DNA of 64,000 nt from Cytophagales bacterium (GTDB lineage Bacteria > Bacteroidota > Bacteroidia > Cytophagales > JAAEPT01). The notes under the pieces are model-generated. The model saw only the letters and a program-made list of their open reading frames with translations, made no database searches and was not told the origin of the DNA. This document shows, piece after piece, positions 48,889 through 59,500 of this stretch (within the stretch, counting starts at the first letter, position 1; each line of letters begins with the position of its first letter). Both the position numbers and the translations under genes were made by a program. The stretch is taken from contig JAYVIQ010000106.1 in assembly GCA_043770215.1 (NCBI GenBank), forward strand, positions 13,729 to 77,728, in the 5' to 3' direction.

Positions 48889-49736
48889 TTCTTAATTAGG
48901 GTAAATTGTTTTTCTACTGCATTATATGGGCCTGCAATAAGTTTATGGGCATTATTCATAAGTTGTATTTCTATTTTATTGTCTCCCAAAGGCAATCCTT
49001 TGATTAAGTAAGGTGCCCACTTTTCTATTTTAAATTCTACTGTGTCATTTATGGTAACTTGCACATAATTTCCACCTTTAGCTATTGTTGTGTTTACCAA
49101 ATAAAAATCTAGCATTACATTTTCTGTATCTGCTCCTTTATATTCTCCTTTTGGTCTTGAGTAAAATAAATGAGGCGCATTTAAATCTATTTTGTCCATA
49201 TCCTCATCGCCAACAGTAAACTGGGTAAGTGCATAGGCATTTTTATGTTTTATACTTTCATGGTAAGACCTAGATAAAAAAGCTAAAGCAACATGATTTC
49301 CTTTTTGAAGCTGGTCTTTTAGCGTGTAGTTTGTATCATAAGATGCTTCGTATGGATGATTATCTACAATAACATGTATATGTTGGCCTTTGTCTGAATT
49401 GGCACACATTTTGGTTTTAGAATCAGAAGAATTAGCTCCTAAAACATAGTTGCTACTTTTTACTGAGAACTCAAATTTTGTAGCCCCCTGTTCAAAATAC
49501 TCATCTAGTTTAGGGCTTTTCAATAAAAGTTTGCTGTCTAAAAATGCAGGCGAGTTTACAACTTCCGTTAGTTTCAATCCTTTGTTTTCTAACACTATAG
49601 CTTGCGCTACTTCTAAAGAATCTACTTTTGTTACATCGTTCAAAATTGCATCATTTGGGTCTTTAGTTGTATTGCATGAATAGAACAAAGAACCATAAAA
49701 GGCACATACAAAAATAGGTTTTATAATTCTTTTCAT
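48885..49736 (-). CDS. Hypothetical lipoprotein
   Basis: Lipobox (GSLFYSCNT). 283 aa. His-rich patch (KGQHIHVIVDNHPY). Confidence 0.45.
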   Translation of the reverse strand: MKRIIKPIFVCAFYGSLFYSCNTTKDPNDAILNDVTKVDSLEVAQAIVLENKGLKLTEVVNSPAFLDSKLLLKSPKLDEYFEQGATKFEFSVKSSNYVLGANSSDSKTKMCANSDKGQHIHVIVDNHPYEASYDTNYTLKDQLQKGNHVALAFLSRSYHESIKHKNAYALTQFTVGDEDMDKIDLNAPHLFYSRPKGEYKGADTENVMLDFYLVNTTIAKGGNYVQVTINDTVEFKIEKWAPYLIKGLPLGDNKIEIQLMNNAHKLIAGPYNAVEKQFTLIKK

Positions 49737-49808
49737 CTTTTTATTTGTTTGCTTAATTATCTGTGCGAAATTTAGGCATTACAATTACCTAAAACAAGTA
49801 TTATTAGT

Positions 49809-50768
49809 ATGTTATATAATGAAATACCATCATTAGACTTAAATGATTTTTTGAGCGATGACCCACTTTTAAAAAAAACATTTGTACAAAACCTAGGCAA
49901 AGCCTTTGAGGAAATTGGATTTGTAGCAATAAAAAATTATGGACTAAGCAATGATTTGGTAGAAAACCTGTATTCTATTTTCCAATCGTTTTTTAGTTTG
50001 CCAGATTCTACAAAGCAAAAATATACTATACCAAATTTACACGGGCAAAGGGGATATGTAGGTAAAGAAAAAGAACATGCCAAAGGCAGAGATATTGGAG
50101 ATTTAAAAGAGTTTTACCACATTGGACAAATTGTACAAGACAATGACCCTATAATAAATGAATATCCAGACAATGCTTGGGTAAGTGAGGTGAAGGAGTT
50201 TGAAAAATACGCTACACTTGGGTTTAAAACACTAGAGAAAACAGGCGAATACATGTTGCGAGCAATAGCGCTGTACCTAGGACTAAACGAATTTTATTTT
50301 GAAGAAAAAGTGCATAATGGCAATGGCATTTTAAGGGCAATCCATTATTACCCACTGGATCCAGAAACCACTAACCCAGATGCTGTAAGAGCAGCAGAAC
50401 ATGGAGATATAAATTTGATAACGCTACTTATGGGGGCAAGTGCAGACGGATTACAAGTATTGCGTAAAGATGGTAAGTGGATACCCATAACAGCACTTCC
50501 AGAGCAAATTGTTGTAAACGTTGGCGATATGCTTGAAAGATTGACAAACGATAAACTTAAATCTACCATACACAGAGTGGTAAACCCTCCTAAGGAGTTG
50601 ATGAATACCTCTAGGTATAGTATTCCTTTTTTTATGCACCCACGCATGAGTATGGATTTGAGCTGCTTGCCAGAATGCATAGATGCTGTAAATCCTAAAA
50701 AGCATACAGATATCTCTGCCGGTGAGTTTTTAATGCAGCGTTTGCAAGAAATAGGATTGAAAAAATAA
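49809..50768 (+). CDS. 2-oxoglutarate/Fe(II)-dependent oxygenase (isopenicillin-N-synthase family)
   Basis: H-x-D...H facial triad candidates (EHGDINLIT, STIHRV) and the RYSIPFF motif. Confidence 0.8.
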   Translation: MLYNEIPSLDLNDFLSDDPLLKKTFVQNLGKAFEEIGFVAIKNYGLSNDLVENLYSIFQSFFSLPDSTKQKYTIPNLHGQRGYVGKEKEHAKGRDIGDLKEFYHIGQIVQDNDPIINEYPDNAWVSEVKEFEKYATLGFKTLEKTGEYMLRAIALYLGLNEFYFEEKVHNGNGILRAIHYYPLDPETTNPDAVRAAEHGDINLITLLMGASADGLQVLRKDGKWIPITALPEQIVVNVGDMLERLTNDKLKSTIHRVVNPPKELMNTSRYSIPFFMHPRMSMDLSCLPECIDAVNPKKHTDISAGEFLMQRLQEIGLKK

Positions 50769-50771
50769 TTA

Positions 50772-51254
50772 ATGGACAAAATATACAATGCTGGTAAAAT
50801 CTTTTTGGATTACATAGTGAATTGCGCTGTTAACGATGATTTTTGGAAAACCACTAAGTTAGATCATATTTGTTACAGAGCGGAAAGCGTACGGGAGTAC
50901 ACTAATTTAAAAAATCAGTTCTCTATTTTGGGTTTACTGTTTGCTGAAAACGTAGTTAATGGCAGGCAAATTTCTATTTTTAAACTGAGTGCTCCTATAC
51001 AAAATGAAGTTTTAAGCACGCAATGGCTTGAGCTAGCTGCACCCAAAGAAAGAAGTAATCATGGAGTAGGCTTTGAACATATAGAACTTATAACCCCCCT
51101 AAATTTGAGAGCGTTAGTAGAAGATAACCCCCATTTAAATTTTAATATCAAAAACATAGATGGCAATGTACCAGAAATACGATTGAATTTTTCAAAGGGT
51201 GTAATAAAATTTAGAAACAAAGGAATAGAAAATATTATTTTAGATTCGGTTTAG
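50772..51254 (+). CDS. Hypothetical protein, possibly VOC/YecM-like
   Basis: 160 aa. The DHICYRAES..GFEHIEL pattern is reminiscent of YecM-type VOC folds. Weak call. Confidence 0.35.
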   Translation: MDKIYNAGKIFLDYIVNCAVNDDFWKTTKLDHICYRAESVREYTNLKNQFSILGLLFAENVVNGRQISIFKLSAPIQNEVLSTQWLELAAPKERSNHGVGFEHIELITPLNLRALVEDNPHLNFNIKNIDGNVPEIRLNFSKGVIKFRNKGIENIILDSV

Positions 51255-51513
51255 ACGCAAAGCGAAGTAACATTTTTAAATCACCCTTTTGCAAAAATAC
51301 AAAGAGAATTGTTAAATAAAGAAGCTAAGGATAATTAGAGCTTTACTAATCTTTTACATCTTTTGATAAATGATTATTTGTAATTAGAATTTAAATTAAA
51401 GAGTTTTTATTGACAATTTTAAATACAAAAACTACGTTTAATTCATTAGATTTGTACCATTAAATAATAAAAATCGAGCTACTTACATCATTTTTCTCTT
51501 ATCTTTACATTAT

Positions 51514-52059
51514 ATGTTTACAGATTTATCTACATATAAAAATACTGATTATAAGCCAGGCTCTATACTAAAGATTGCTTTTTGGTATTTTATAAATAGG
51601 CTTTTTTTAAATACCGTTATCCCTTATCCATCAGGTATTAAGGTTAGATTATTGAGAATTTTTGGCGCTAAAATAGGATTAAACTGTGTCATAAAACCAA
51701 AAGTATCTGTTAAGTACCCTTGGTTTTTAGAGATAGGAGACAACACTTGGTTAGGCGAGCAAGTTTGGATAGATAATTTGGCTTTGGTAGTTATAGGAAA
51801 AAATGTTTGTATATCTCAGGCAGCTATGCTTTTGAGCGGAAATCATGACTATAAAAAAACGTCATTTGATTTGATTACAAAAGAAATTCATATTCAAGAT
51901 GGTGTATGGATAGGAGCAAAAGCAGTTGTTTGTTGTGGAGTTATTTGTGCAAGTCATTCTATCTTAACCGTAGGCTCTATAGCCAATAAAAATCTAAACG
52001 CTTATGGCATCTACCAAGGAAATCCTGCGGTAGAAATAAGGAAAAGAACAATAAACTAA
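51514..52059 (+). CDS. Hexapeptide-repeat O-acetyltransferase, WcaF-like
   Basis: N-terminus YKPGSILKIAFWYFINRLF..RLLRIFGAKIG and left-handed beta-helix repeats. Confidence 0.8.
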   Translation: MFTDLSTYKNTDYKPGSILKIAFWYFINRLFLNTVIPYPSGIKVRLLRIFGAKIGLNCVIKPKVSVKYPWFLEIGDNTWLGEQVWIDNLALVVIGKNVCISQAAMLLSGNHDYKKTSFDLITKEIHIQDGVWIGAKAVVCCGVICASHSILTVGSIANKNLNAYGIYQGNPAVEIRKRTIN

Positions 52060-52060
52060 T

Positions 52061-52804
52061 ATGAAAATCTCTATTATCACCGTTTGTTATAACAGTGCTG
52101 CTACCATAGCCAAAACCTTTAAATCGGTTTCTGAGCAGACATATACAAACATAGAGTATATTGTTGTAGACGGAGGTTCTAAAGATGATACCTTAGGCAT
52201 AATAAAAAAAAATGAAAAAATAATTTCTAAATGGATTTCTGAGCCAGACAAAGGATTGTATGACGCAATGAATAAGGGTATATCCTTAGCATCAGGAGAT
52301 TATATAGGTATTTTAAATTCTGATGACACATTTTTTTCTGATGATGTTGTAGAAAATGTAGTTTTATTTTTAGAGAAAAATTCTGTAGATGCCTCTATAG
52401 GAGATATTGTACAACACAATACAATAGACGAATTAAAACGAACATACAGCTCCAGAAATTGGCAACCAAAGAAGCTTAAAATTGGATTTATGCCACCGCA
52501 CCCTTCTATTTTTTTTAGAAAATCTCTTTTTAAACAATATGGTAACTATCATTTAGATTTTGATATAGCCGCTGATTATGAACTAATTATTCGGTTTTTC
52601 TTAGCAAAAAATATTACTTGGAAATATTCGGGGATAACTACTACAGCAATGCTCATTGGGGGATTAAGTAGCTCTGGAATAAATAGTTACAAAAAAGTCA
52701 CTAAAGAAATAAATATTGGGTTACAACGCAATGGTATAGAATATTCTGCTTGGAAAGTGAGCTTGAGAGGAGTCTGGAAAGTATTTGGTTTATTGAATGT
52801 ATAA
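52061..52804 (+). CDS. Family 2 glycosyltransferase
   Basis: ISIITVCYNSA...YIVVDGGSKDDT...LNSDD motifs. Confidence 0.85.
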   Translation: MKISIITVCYNSAATIAKTFKSVSEQTYTNIEYIVVDGGSKDDTLGIIKKNEKIISKWISEPDKGLYDAMNKGISLASGDYIGILNSDDTFFSDDVVENVVLFLEKNSVDASIGDIVQHNTIDELKRTYSSRNWQPKKLKIGFMPPHPSIFFRKSLFKQYGNYHLDFDIAADYELIIRFFLAKNITWKYSGITTTAMLIGGLSSSGINSYKKVTKEINIGLQRNGIEYSAWKVSLRGVWKVFGLLNV

Positions 52805-52807
52805 AAT

Positions 52808-53734
52808 ATGAGAATTTTAATTGTAGGCTCATCTGGTTTTGTAGGTCAAAATTTCCTAGACTATTTATTTAATAAAAGAGAAATAGAAATACATACACTA
52901 GATAGGGTACAGAACGAACAAGATGGGCTAATAGCTCATACCTGGGATGAATTTCAAAACTTAGATTTAGCTACAATAGCTAAGGTTTTTTATTTCACTG
53001 GAAAAGCACACGACATTAAAAAAAATACCTCCGATCAAGAATATTTTGATGTGAATGTAGGGCTCTTAAAAATATTTTTACAAAGAGCGCAACAGTCTGA
53101 TTTTAGTGGTCAGATAGTCTATTTAAGTTCTGTAAAAGCAGTGGCAGATTCTGTAGAAGGAATCCTTACAGAAGAACAGATACCCCTTCCCAAAACAAGC
53201 TACGGAAAATCTAAACTTGCCGCAGAGGAGTTGTTGAAATCTTCTGTCTTTGCCTCTCAAACATTTATCCTACGCCCTTGTATGATTCACGGAAAAGGAA
53301 ACAAAGGAAATCTAAATCAACTTTTCGGTTTTGTAAAAAAAGGGATTCCAAATCTACTGGCGGCGTACACAAATGAAAGATCCTTATTGTCTATAGATAA
53401 TTTAGTGCACGTTTTTGATGAAATAATACACAACAGGTTGCCAATAGATACCTATCATGTAGCGGATGAAGGTTATATTTCTACCCATGAAATTATGGAC
53501 GTAATTGGAAATACAATTGGCAAAAAAGTGTTTCATATAAAACTCCCCCCTTTTCTGGTACTTGCTTTGGCAAAAGTAGGCGATTATTTACCATTGCCTT
53601 TAAATAGCGAACGCTTGCAAAAACTTACGGAAAATTACAGAGTAAGCAATGATAAGCTGCAAAAAAAAATGACAACAATGCTACCATTGCCTTTAAAAAA
53701 AGGCTTGAAAAACACAATACAAACATTTGAATAA
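52808..53734 (+). CDS. NAD-dependent epimerase/dehydratase family protein
   Basis: Rossmann motif ILIVGSSGFVG and the SDR catalytic Y-x3-K (YGKSK). Confidence 0.8.
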   Translation: MRILIVGSSGFVGQNFLDYLFNKREIEIHTLDRVQNEQDGLIAHTWDEFQNLDLATIAKVFYFTGKAHDIKKNTSDQEYFDVNVGLLKIFLQRAQQSDFSGQIVYLSSVKAVADSVEGILTEEQIPLPKTSYGKSKLAAEELLKSSVFASQTFILRPCMIHGKGNKGNLNQLFGFVKKGIPNLLAAYTNERSLLSIDNLVHVFDEIIHNRLPIDTYHVADEGYISTHEIMDVIGNTIGKKVFHIKLPPFLVLALAKVGDYLPLPLNSERLQKLTENYRVSNDKLQKKMTTMLPLPLKKGLKNTIQTFE

Positions 53735-54700
53735 ATGATTTATTACATCACGGCAGCTACATTATTTATACTTATACTAATCTATTTTGAGGTAGCAGAT
53801 TATTTTAATATTATAGACAAACCCAATGCACGCTCTTCTCATAAAGGTAACGTAATAAGAGGAGGAGGGGTAATCTTTGTTTTTGCAGTTTGGATGGCTA
53901 TGTTTTATTTAAAAAGAATACCTGCGTTTTTTTTAGGAGGATTTTCATTACTGGCCATCATTAGTTTTGTAGATGATAAGTTAAATATTGGGACAAGAGT
54001 AAGAATGTCAAGTCAGTTTGTAGCTGTATTTTTATTGCTTTTTGAGTTTAGATATTTTGAAATTCCTTTGTTGGCAATTCCTTTAATTTCGGTGTTTTGC
54101 GTAGCGGCTATAAACGCATACAATTTTATGGATGGTATAAATGGACTAAATGGCATGTACTCTTTAAGTGTTTTAATTAGTCTTTTTTGGATAAATTTAC
54201 ATGAGTCTTTTGTAGAATCTCTGCTACTGAAGTTTTTGATTATTGCCATTTTTGTATTTGGGTATTTTAATTTCAGAAAAAAAGCAGTCTGCTTTTCTGG
54301 AGATGTAGGAAGTATAACTATGGCATTTGTACTTTTATTTTTGATTGGGACTCTAATTTTTAAAACACAAAACTACTCTTTTATTTTGTTGCTCTTGTTG
54401 TATGGGGTAGATGCTTTTTGGACAGTTGTACAACGGGTACTTAGAAAAGAGAAAATTACAGAAGCGCATCGTCTACATTTGTATCAGCTTTTGGCCAATG
54501 AACTTAAAGTACCACATCTTATGGTTTCCTTTATGTACCTGTGTATGCAACTTATTATTTCTTTTCTAGTTATAGAAAACCATTTGTCTGCTTTTATTTC
54601 GCCGTTGTTGCTAGCTATTTACATTACTATTTTCATTAGTATTTTGTATGTTTATTTAAAAATAAGAATAATGAGTTCTACATATGGCAATAAAGTATAG
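53735..54700 (+). CDS. Polytopic phosphoglycosyl transferase, MraY/WecA/WbpL family (GT4 of the MraY type)
   Basis: About 10 TMs, with NAYNFMDGINGL and GDVGS motifs. Confidence 0.85.
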   Translation: MIYYITAATLFILILIYFEVADYFNIIDKPNARSSHKGNVIRGGGVIFVFAVWMAMFYLKRIPAFFLGGFSLLAIISFVDDKLNIGTRVRMSSQFVAVFLLLFEFRYFEIPLLAIPLISVFCVAAINAYNFMDGINGLNGMYSLSVLISLFWINLHESFVESLLLKFLIIAIFVFGYFNFRKKAVCFSGDVGSITMAFVLLFLIGTLIFKTQNYSFILLLLLYGVDAFWTVVQRVLRKEKITEAHRLHLYQLLANELKVPHLMVSFMYLCMQLIISFLVIENHLSAFISPLLLAIYITIFISILYVYLKIRIMSSTYGNKV

Positions 54701-55247
54701 CATTATAAAACGATTTTTTGATTTGTTTTTTTCCGTTTTACTATTTTTTAGTTTGTTTTTTTTTATGGCTATATTTTTTTTTGTGCTTAGCTACACATTA
54801 CGCCAAAATCCTATTTTTGTTCAGCAAAGAATTGGCAAAAACAACACACCTTTTCTAATCTATAAATTCAAAACAATGGTTGGAGATGCAGTACCCAATA
54901 AACTTTGTTTGGTTATGAGAAAATTAGCCATAGATGAGTTGCCACAATTATTGAATATCATACTTGGAGATATGAGTTTTGTAGGCCCTAGACCTCTTTT
55001 GCCAGAATACTTACCCTTGTATTCAGTACATCAGCAGCAAAGGCATTTGGTTATGCCAGGGCTTACTGGTTTGGCTCAAATAAAAGGTGGCAATATGCTT
55101 AGTTGGGAAAAACGATTAGCTTTAGATGTAAAATATGTGCAAAACCAGAGCTTTAAGCTAGATCTAAGTATTTTGTTAGCTACCATTCTTGTATTTACAT
55201 CCAAGAAATCCTCTCATTTTTCAGAACCATTTACAGGTAATAATTAG
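54684..55247 (+). CDS. Small monotopic sugar transferase (PglC/WbaP C-terminal type phosphoglycosyl transferase)
   Basis: Re-entrant N-terminal helix, RIGKNNTPFLIYKFKTM and DELPQLLNIILGDMSFVGPRP. Overlaps the upstream gene by 17 nt. Confidence 0.85.
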   Translation: MAIKYSIIKRFFDLFFSVLLFFSLFFFMAIFFFVLSYTLRQNPIFVQQRIGKNNTPFLIYKFKTMVGDAVPNKLCLVMRKLAIDELPQLLNIILGDMSFVGPRPLLPEYLPLYSVHQQQRHLVMPGLTGLAQIKGGNMLSWEKRLALDVKYVQNQSFKLDLSILLATILVFTSKKSSHFSEPFTGNN

Positions 55248-55448
55248 TTGTCCATTATATAATTCATACTTCAAAACATAAACTAAGAAATTCTTTCATT
55301 TACAATTGGTTAGGTTATAATTCCTATTAAAATAGTTGATTTTTTTAGTATAAATTCTCTAAAAATTCCAGTTGATAAATGATACTTTTTAATAATTGGA
55401 ACCTAAGATAAAATATAGTTTATGCTATGATATCGTTAATTAATAGTT

Positions 55449-55769
55449 ATGGGCATACTGAATGATGTTGTTACACTTTTGCCATCATATAATGCTGGAT
55501 TCCAAGCAGGCATTGAATAGAAAGTTTTTTCAATACATGCAACATCTATGGTTATCGATTGTGAAATTACAGTTATTGGAACATTTAATCTAGACCCAAG
55601 AAGTGCTAATTTAAACACAGAGTGCTTTGCAATAATATATTCAACACCAATAAGCAAGGGAGTTTTAGAAGGCATAGAGACAGAGTTTTTACCAAGCAAC
55701 TCTTGGAAAATAACCAAAACATTTAACCCAGACTCTAAAGTAGCAAATCTAAAAAGAATAAACCCTTAA
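55449..55769 (+). pseudogene. Relic of a phospholipase D / cardiolipin-synthase-like gene (C-terminal HKD region only)
   Basis: One frame reads MGILNDVVTLLPSYNAGFQAGIE-TAG(55518)-KVFSIHATSMVIDCEITVIGTFNLDPRSANLNTE... The HKD motif reads HATSMVID (Lys replaced by Thr). The upstream ~300 codons are absent. Confidence 0.65.
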
Positions 55770-55832
55770 ACAAGAAAAGTGCTGCCTAAGGCTATTTTGT
55801 AATTAGATCTTTATTCTTTAACAGCAACCCAA

Positions 55833-56468
55833 CTAACCTTCGCCAGATTCTGCACTGCGGGCTTCTTCTTTAGACTCAATATTTTTTACCTCCTCTGGAA
55901 AAAACTTTTTATTGCAGATAAGTATGGCTATCACAGAACAAAATATAGATGCATCTGCAACATTAAATACTGGCCACAAATCTAGCTCTCCAATAATTGG
56001 TATGTTTCTACCATGATAAATATCAAAATAAAACATATCTATAACCATACCATGCATAGCTGGAAAAAGTGGAGTTGTGCTTCTAATTAATAATTCTGCA
56101 TCTAAAATCCCATAGATTAAACTATCTATTAAATTACCTACAGCACCGGCAAAGATAAAAGCTCCGCAAAGAATTAAGCCTCTATGCGCGCCATCTCTAT
56201 ACAATTTCAAAATATAAAACGGTATTAATGAAGCTACTACAACTCTAAAAGAAGTTAAAGCTACTTTATGGTAGTCTCCCAAAAACTCTAGCTTATTGCC
56301 CCAAGCCATGCCTTCGTTGGTTTGGTAATTAAGGCTAAACCAATCTCCAAAAACAGGAATAGAATTGCCTTCATACATGTAAATATGTACCAAATATTTA
56401 ACCAATTGGTCTAATGCAATTACAGCAATAGAAATGGCAAAAAAGTAAATAGGTTTCCAGTTTTTCAT
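55833..56468 (-). CDS. lspA: Lipoprotein signal peptidase (signal peptidase II)
   Basis: ALDQLVK, NEGMAWG and FNVADASI motifs, with 4 TMs and a C-terminal acidic tail. Confidence 0.9.
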   Translation of the reverse strand: MKNWKPIYFFAISIAVIALDQLVKYLVHIYMYEGNSIPVFGDWFSLNYQTNEGMAWGNKLEFLGDYHKVALTSFRVVVASLIPFYILKLYRDGAHRGLILCGAFIFAGAVGNLIDSLIYGILDAELLIRSTTPLFPAMHGMVIDMFYFDIYHGRNIPIIGELDLWPVFNVADASIFCSVIAILICNKKFFPEEVKNIESKEEARSAESGEG

Positions 56469-56530
56469 TTTGTTTTTTTAGAGACAATTATATTTGCCTA
56501 TTTGTTTAGTAATTATGTAATGTTTGTATA

Positions 56531-59500
56531 CTATGCTTTTGTCATTGTCATTTCTAAGATAAACTCGTCCATTTCTAATTTAGACGCATTTTCTAAGTCA
56601 GCAAAGAACTCTAAGCTTAAAGCCTGTGTTTCTAGACAAATATATTCTGAGTTTAATTTCAATGCCTCAGAAACAATATCTGCAGAATCTAAAACGCTAA
56701 TGTTTATTTTATCTTGCACCTCTAGACCTGTTTCTTTTCTCATGTTTTGTATGCGGTTTACAAAATCACGTGCTATCCCTTCTTTTTTTAATTCGTCTGT
56801 GATAGTAATATCTAAAGCAACAGTAATGCTTGTATCATTTGCTACCAACCAACCTGGTATATCTTGAAATGCCAGCTCTACATCTTCTAAAGTAAGGATG
56901 TATTTTTTACCTTCTAATTCAAAACCAAAAGCATTTGATATTTCTAGTTCTGAGATATTTTCTTGCGACATTTGATTGATTATTGCCGCAACCTCTTTCA
57001 TATCTTTGCCATAAACAGCTCCCAACTTTTTAAAATTAGGTTTTATTTTTTTGACTAGAACACTATCAGAAGTGTTTTCTATAAACTCTATTTCTTTAAT
57101 GTTTACCTCTGTTTTGATCAAATCTGCTACCGCCAAAATATATTCTTTTTCCTCAGTTTTAAGAATAGGAATCATAATTTTTAGCAAAGGCTGGCGCACT
57201 TTTATGCTTTCGCCTTTACGCAATGAATGTACTAATGATGAGATTCGTTGCGCATAATCCATTTTTATTTCCAAAACTTTGTTTATAGCCTGCCGATCTA
57301 CAGCTGGATACAAAGTATGGTGTATAGACGTGTACTCAGAATCTTTTATTACTGCATTTAAGTCTTGATATACTTTTTCAAAATAGAATGGAGCAATAGG
57401 ACAAGAGATTTTAGAAATCTTTAGCAAACATTCGCACAAAGTTTGATACGCAGCTTCTTTCCCTTGGTCGTACTCGCCTTTCCAAAATCTTTTTCTGTTC
57501 AAGCGTACATACCAGTTGCTTAGCTCATCTGAAACAAATGTTTGAATTGCTCTGGCTGCGTTGGTAAGGTCATATTGCTCATAACATTCGTCTACTTGTT
57601 GCAATAAGCTATTTAGTCTAGAAAGTATCCATTGGTCACTTTCTGTTCTTTGGTTTAAAGGAATATATGCTTGGCTAAAATCAAAGGCATCTAAGTTGGC
57701 ATACAAGGCAAAAAAGTTATAGGTGTTATGAAAAGTAGAAAAGAATTTTCTAGATGTTTCTAACAATAAATCTGTATTAAATTTTAAATTCTCATACGGC
57801 TGAGCATTAGAAATCATGTACCAACGCGTAGGATCTGGACCAAACTTTTCTATTGTTTCAAACGGGTCTACGGCATTTCCTTTGCTTTTAGACATTTTGT
57901 TTCCATTCTTATCTTGAACAAGTCCGTTTGCAATTACATTTTTAAATGCAATACCGCCTTCTTCTTCAAACAACATAGTAGCTATGGCATGTAAAGTAAA
58001 GAACCAACCTCTAGTTTGATCAACGCCTTCAGCAATAAAATCTGCTGGGAATTGGTTTTTTAAAACAGATTTATTTCCTAAATAATGCCATTGGGCATAA
58101 GGCATGGCTCCAGAATCAAACCAAACATCTACCAAATCTGACTCTCTGTACATAGGCTCTCCATTGTCAGAAACCAGTATAAGCCAATCTGCGTATGGTC
58201 TGTGCAAATCTTCTAGCTCTGATAAGTTATGGATTCTAGTGTTTAACTCTACTTCTTTTTGGCTTAAAGTAGAAGCATTTATTCCTAAAACATCATTTGC
58301 TTTTGCTATTTCTGTTTTTAGTTCTGCTATTGTACCAATACAAATTTCTTGACTTCCGTCTTTTGTACGCCAAATAGGTAAAGGTGTACCCCAAAAACGA
58401 GATCTTGAAAGATTCCAATCTACCAAATTCTCTAACCAGTTGCCAAATCTACCTTCGCCTGTAGCTCTTGGTATCCAATTTATTTTTTTGTTATTGGCAA
58501 CCAATTTATCTTTTACTGCTGTTGTTTTGATAAACCAAGACTCCATTGGGTAATACAAGATTGGTTTATCTGTTCGCCAACAATGCGGATAAGTATGCTC
58601 GTATTTTTTAACGTCAAATGCTTTGTTCTCTTCCTTAAGCTTTATGGCTATTTGAACATCTACATTTTTATATCCTTCAGGTATAGTATCTAAATAGTCT
58701 TCTTTTACTGGCTCACCTGCAAAGTCTGTTACCTGTGCAACAAAGCACCCTTGTTTGTTTACTAGCGGCACATCGTTGCCCAATACGTCTTTAACAGTAA
58801 CGGCAGGTATTCCCGCAAGGTCTGCCACACGTTTGTCATCAGCACCAAAAGTAGGAGCTATATGCACTATGCCTGTACCGTCAGATGTGGTTACATAATC
58901 GCCTGCAATAACTCTAAATGCATTATCTGGAGTTACATAAGGCATCAATTGCTCATATTCTGCACCTATTAAATCTGCTCCTTTGTATTCTGCAATTATT
59001 TTAAAAGGAATAAGTTTATCGCCGGCTTTGTAGTCTTCTAAAGTTAAGTCCTGAGCTTTTTCATTGAAATACTTGGCTACTAGGTCTTTGGCTAAGATTA
59101 CTTTTACTGGCTCAAATGTATATTGATTAAAAGTGGCAACTTTTACATAGTCTATTTTTTCACCTACAGCTAGTGCAGAGTTAGAGGGCAGTGTCCAAGG
59201 TGTGGTAGTCCATGCCAAAAAATACTCGTTTTCACTTCCTTTTATTTTAAACTGGGCGGTAACAGTAGTGTCCTTTACGTCTTTGTAACACCCTGGTTGG
59301 TTTAGTTCATGAGAACTTAGTCCAGTACCGGCAGCCGGCGAGTAAGGCTGTATGGTATAGCCTTTGTAGAGCATACCTTTTTTGTACAATTCTGACAGTA
59401 GGTACCAAAGAGACTCTATGTATTCGTTTGTAAAAGTAATGTATGGATCATCTAAGTCTACCCAATAGCCCATATCTAGAGTAAGTTTATCCCAATGAGA

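Noticed and set aside
50348-50788. 146-aa and 84-aa minus-strand ORFs inside the 2OG oxygenase gene.
   Set aside because: Shadow ORFs. The + strand product has the facial-triad motifs, and the minus-strand products have none.
55436-55717. 93-aa minus-strand ORF.
   Set aside because: It lies opposite the PLD relic, whose + strand translation carries the recognisable HKD-region sequence.
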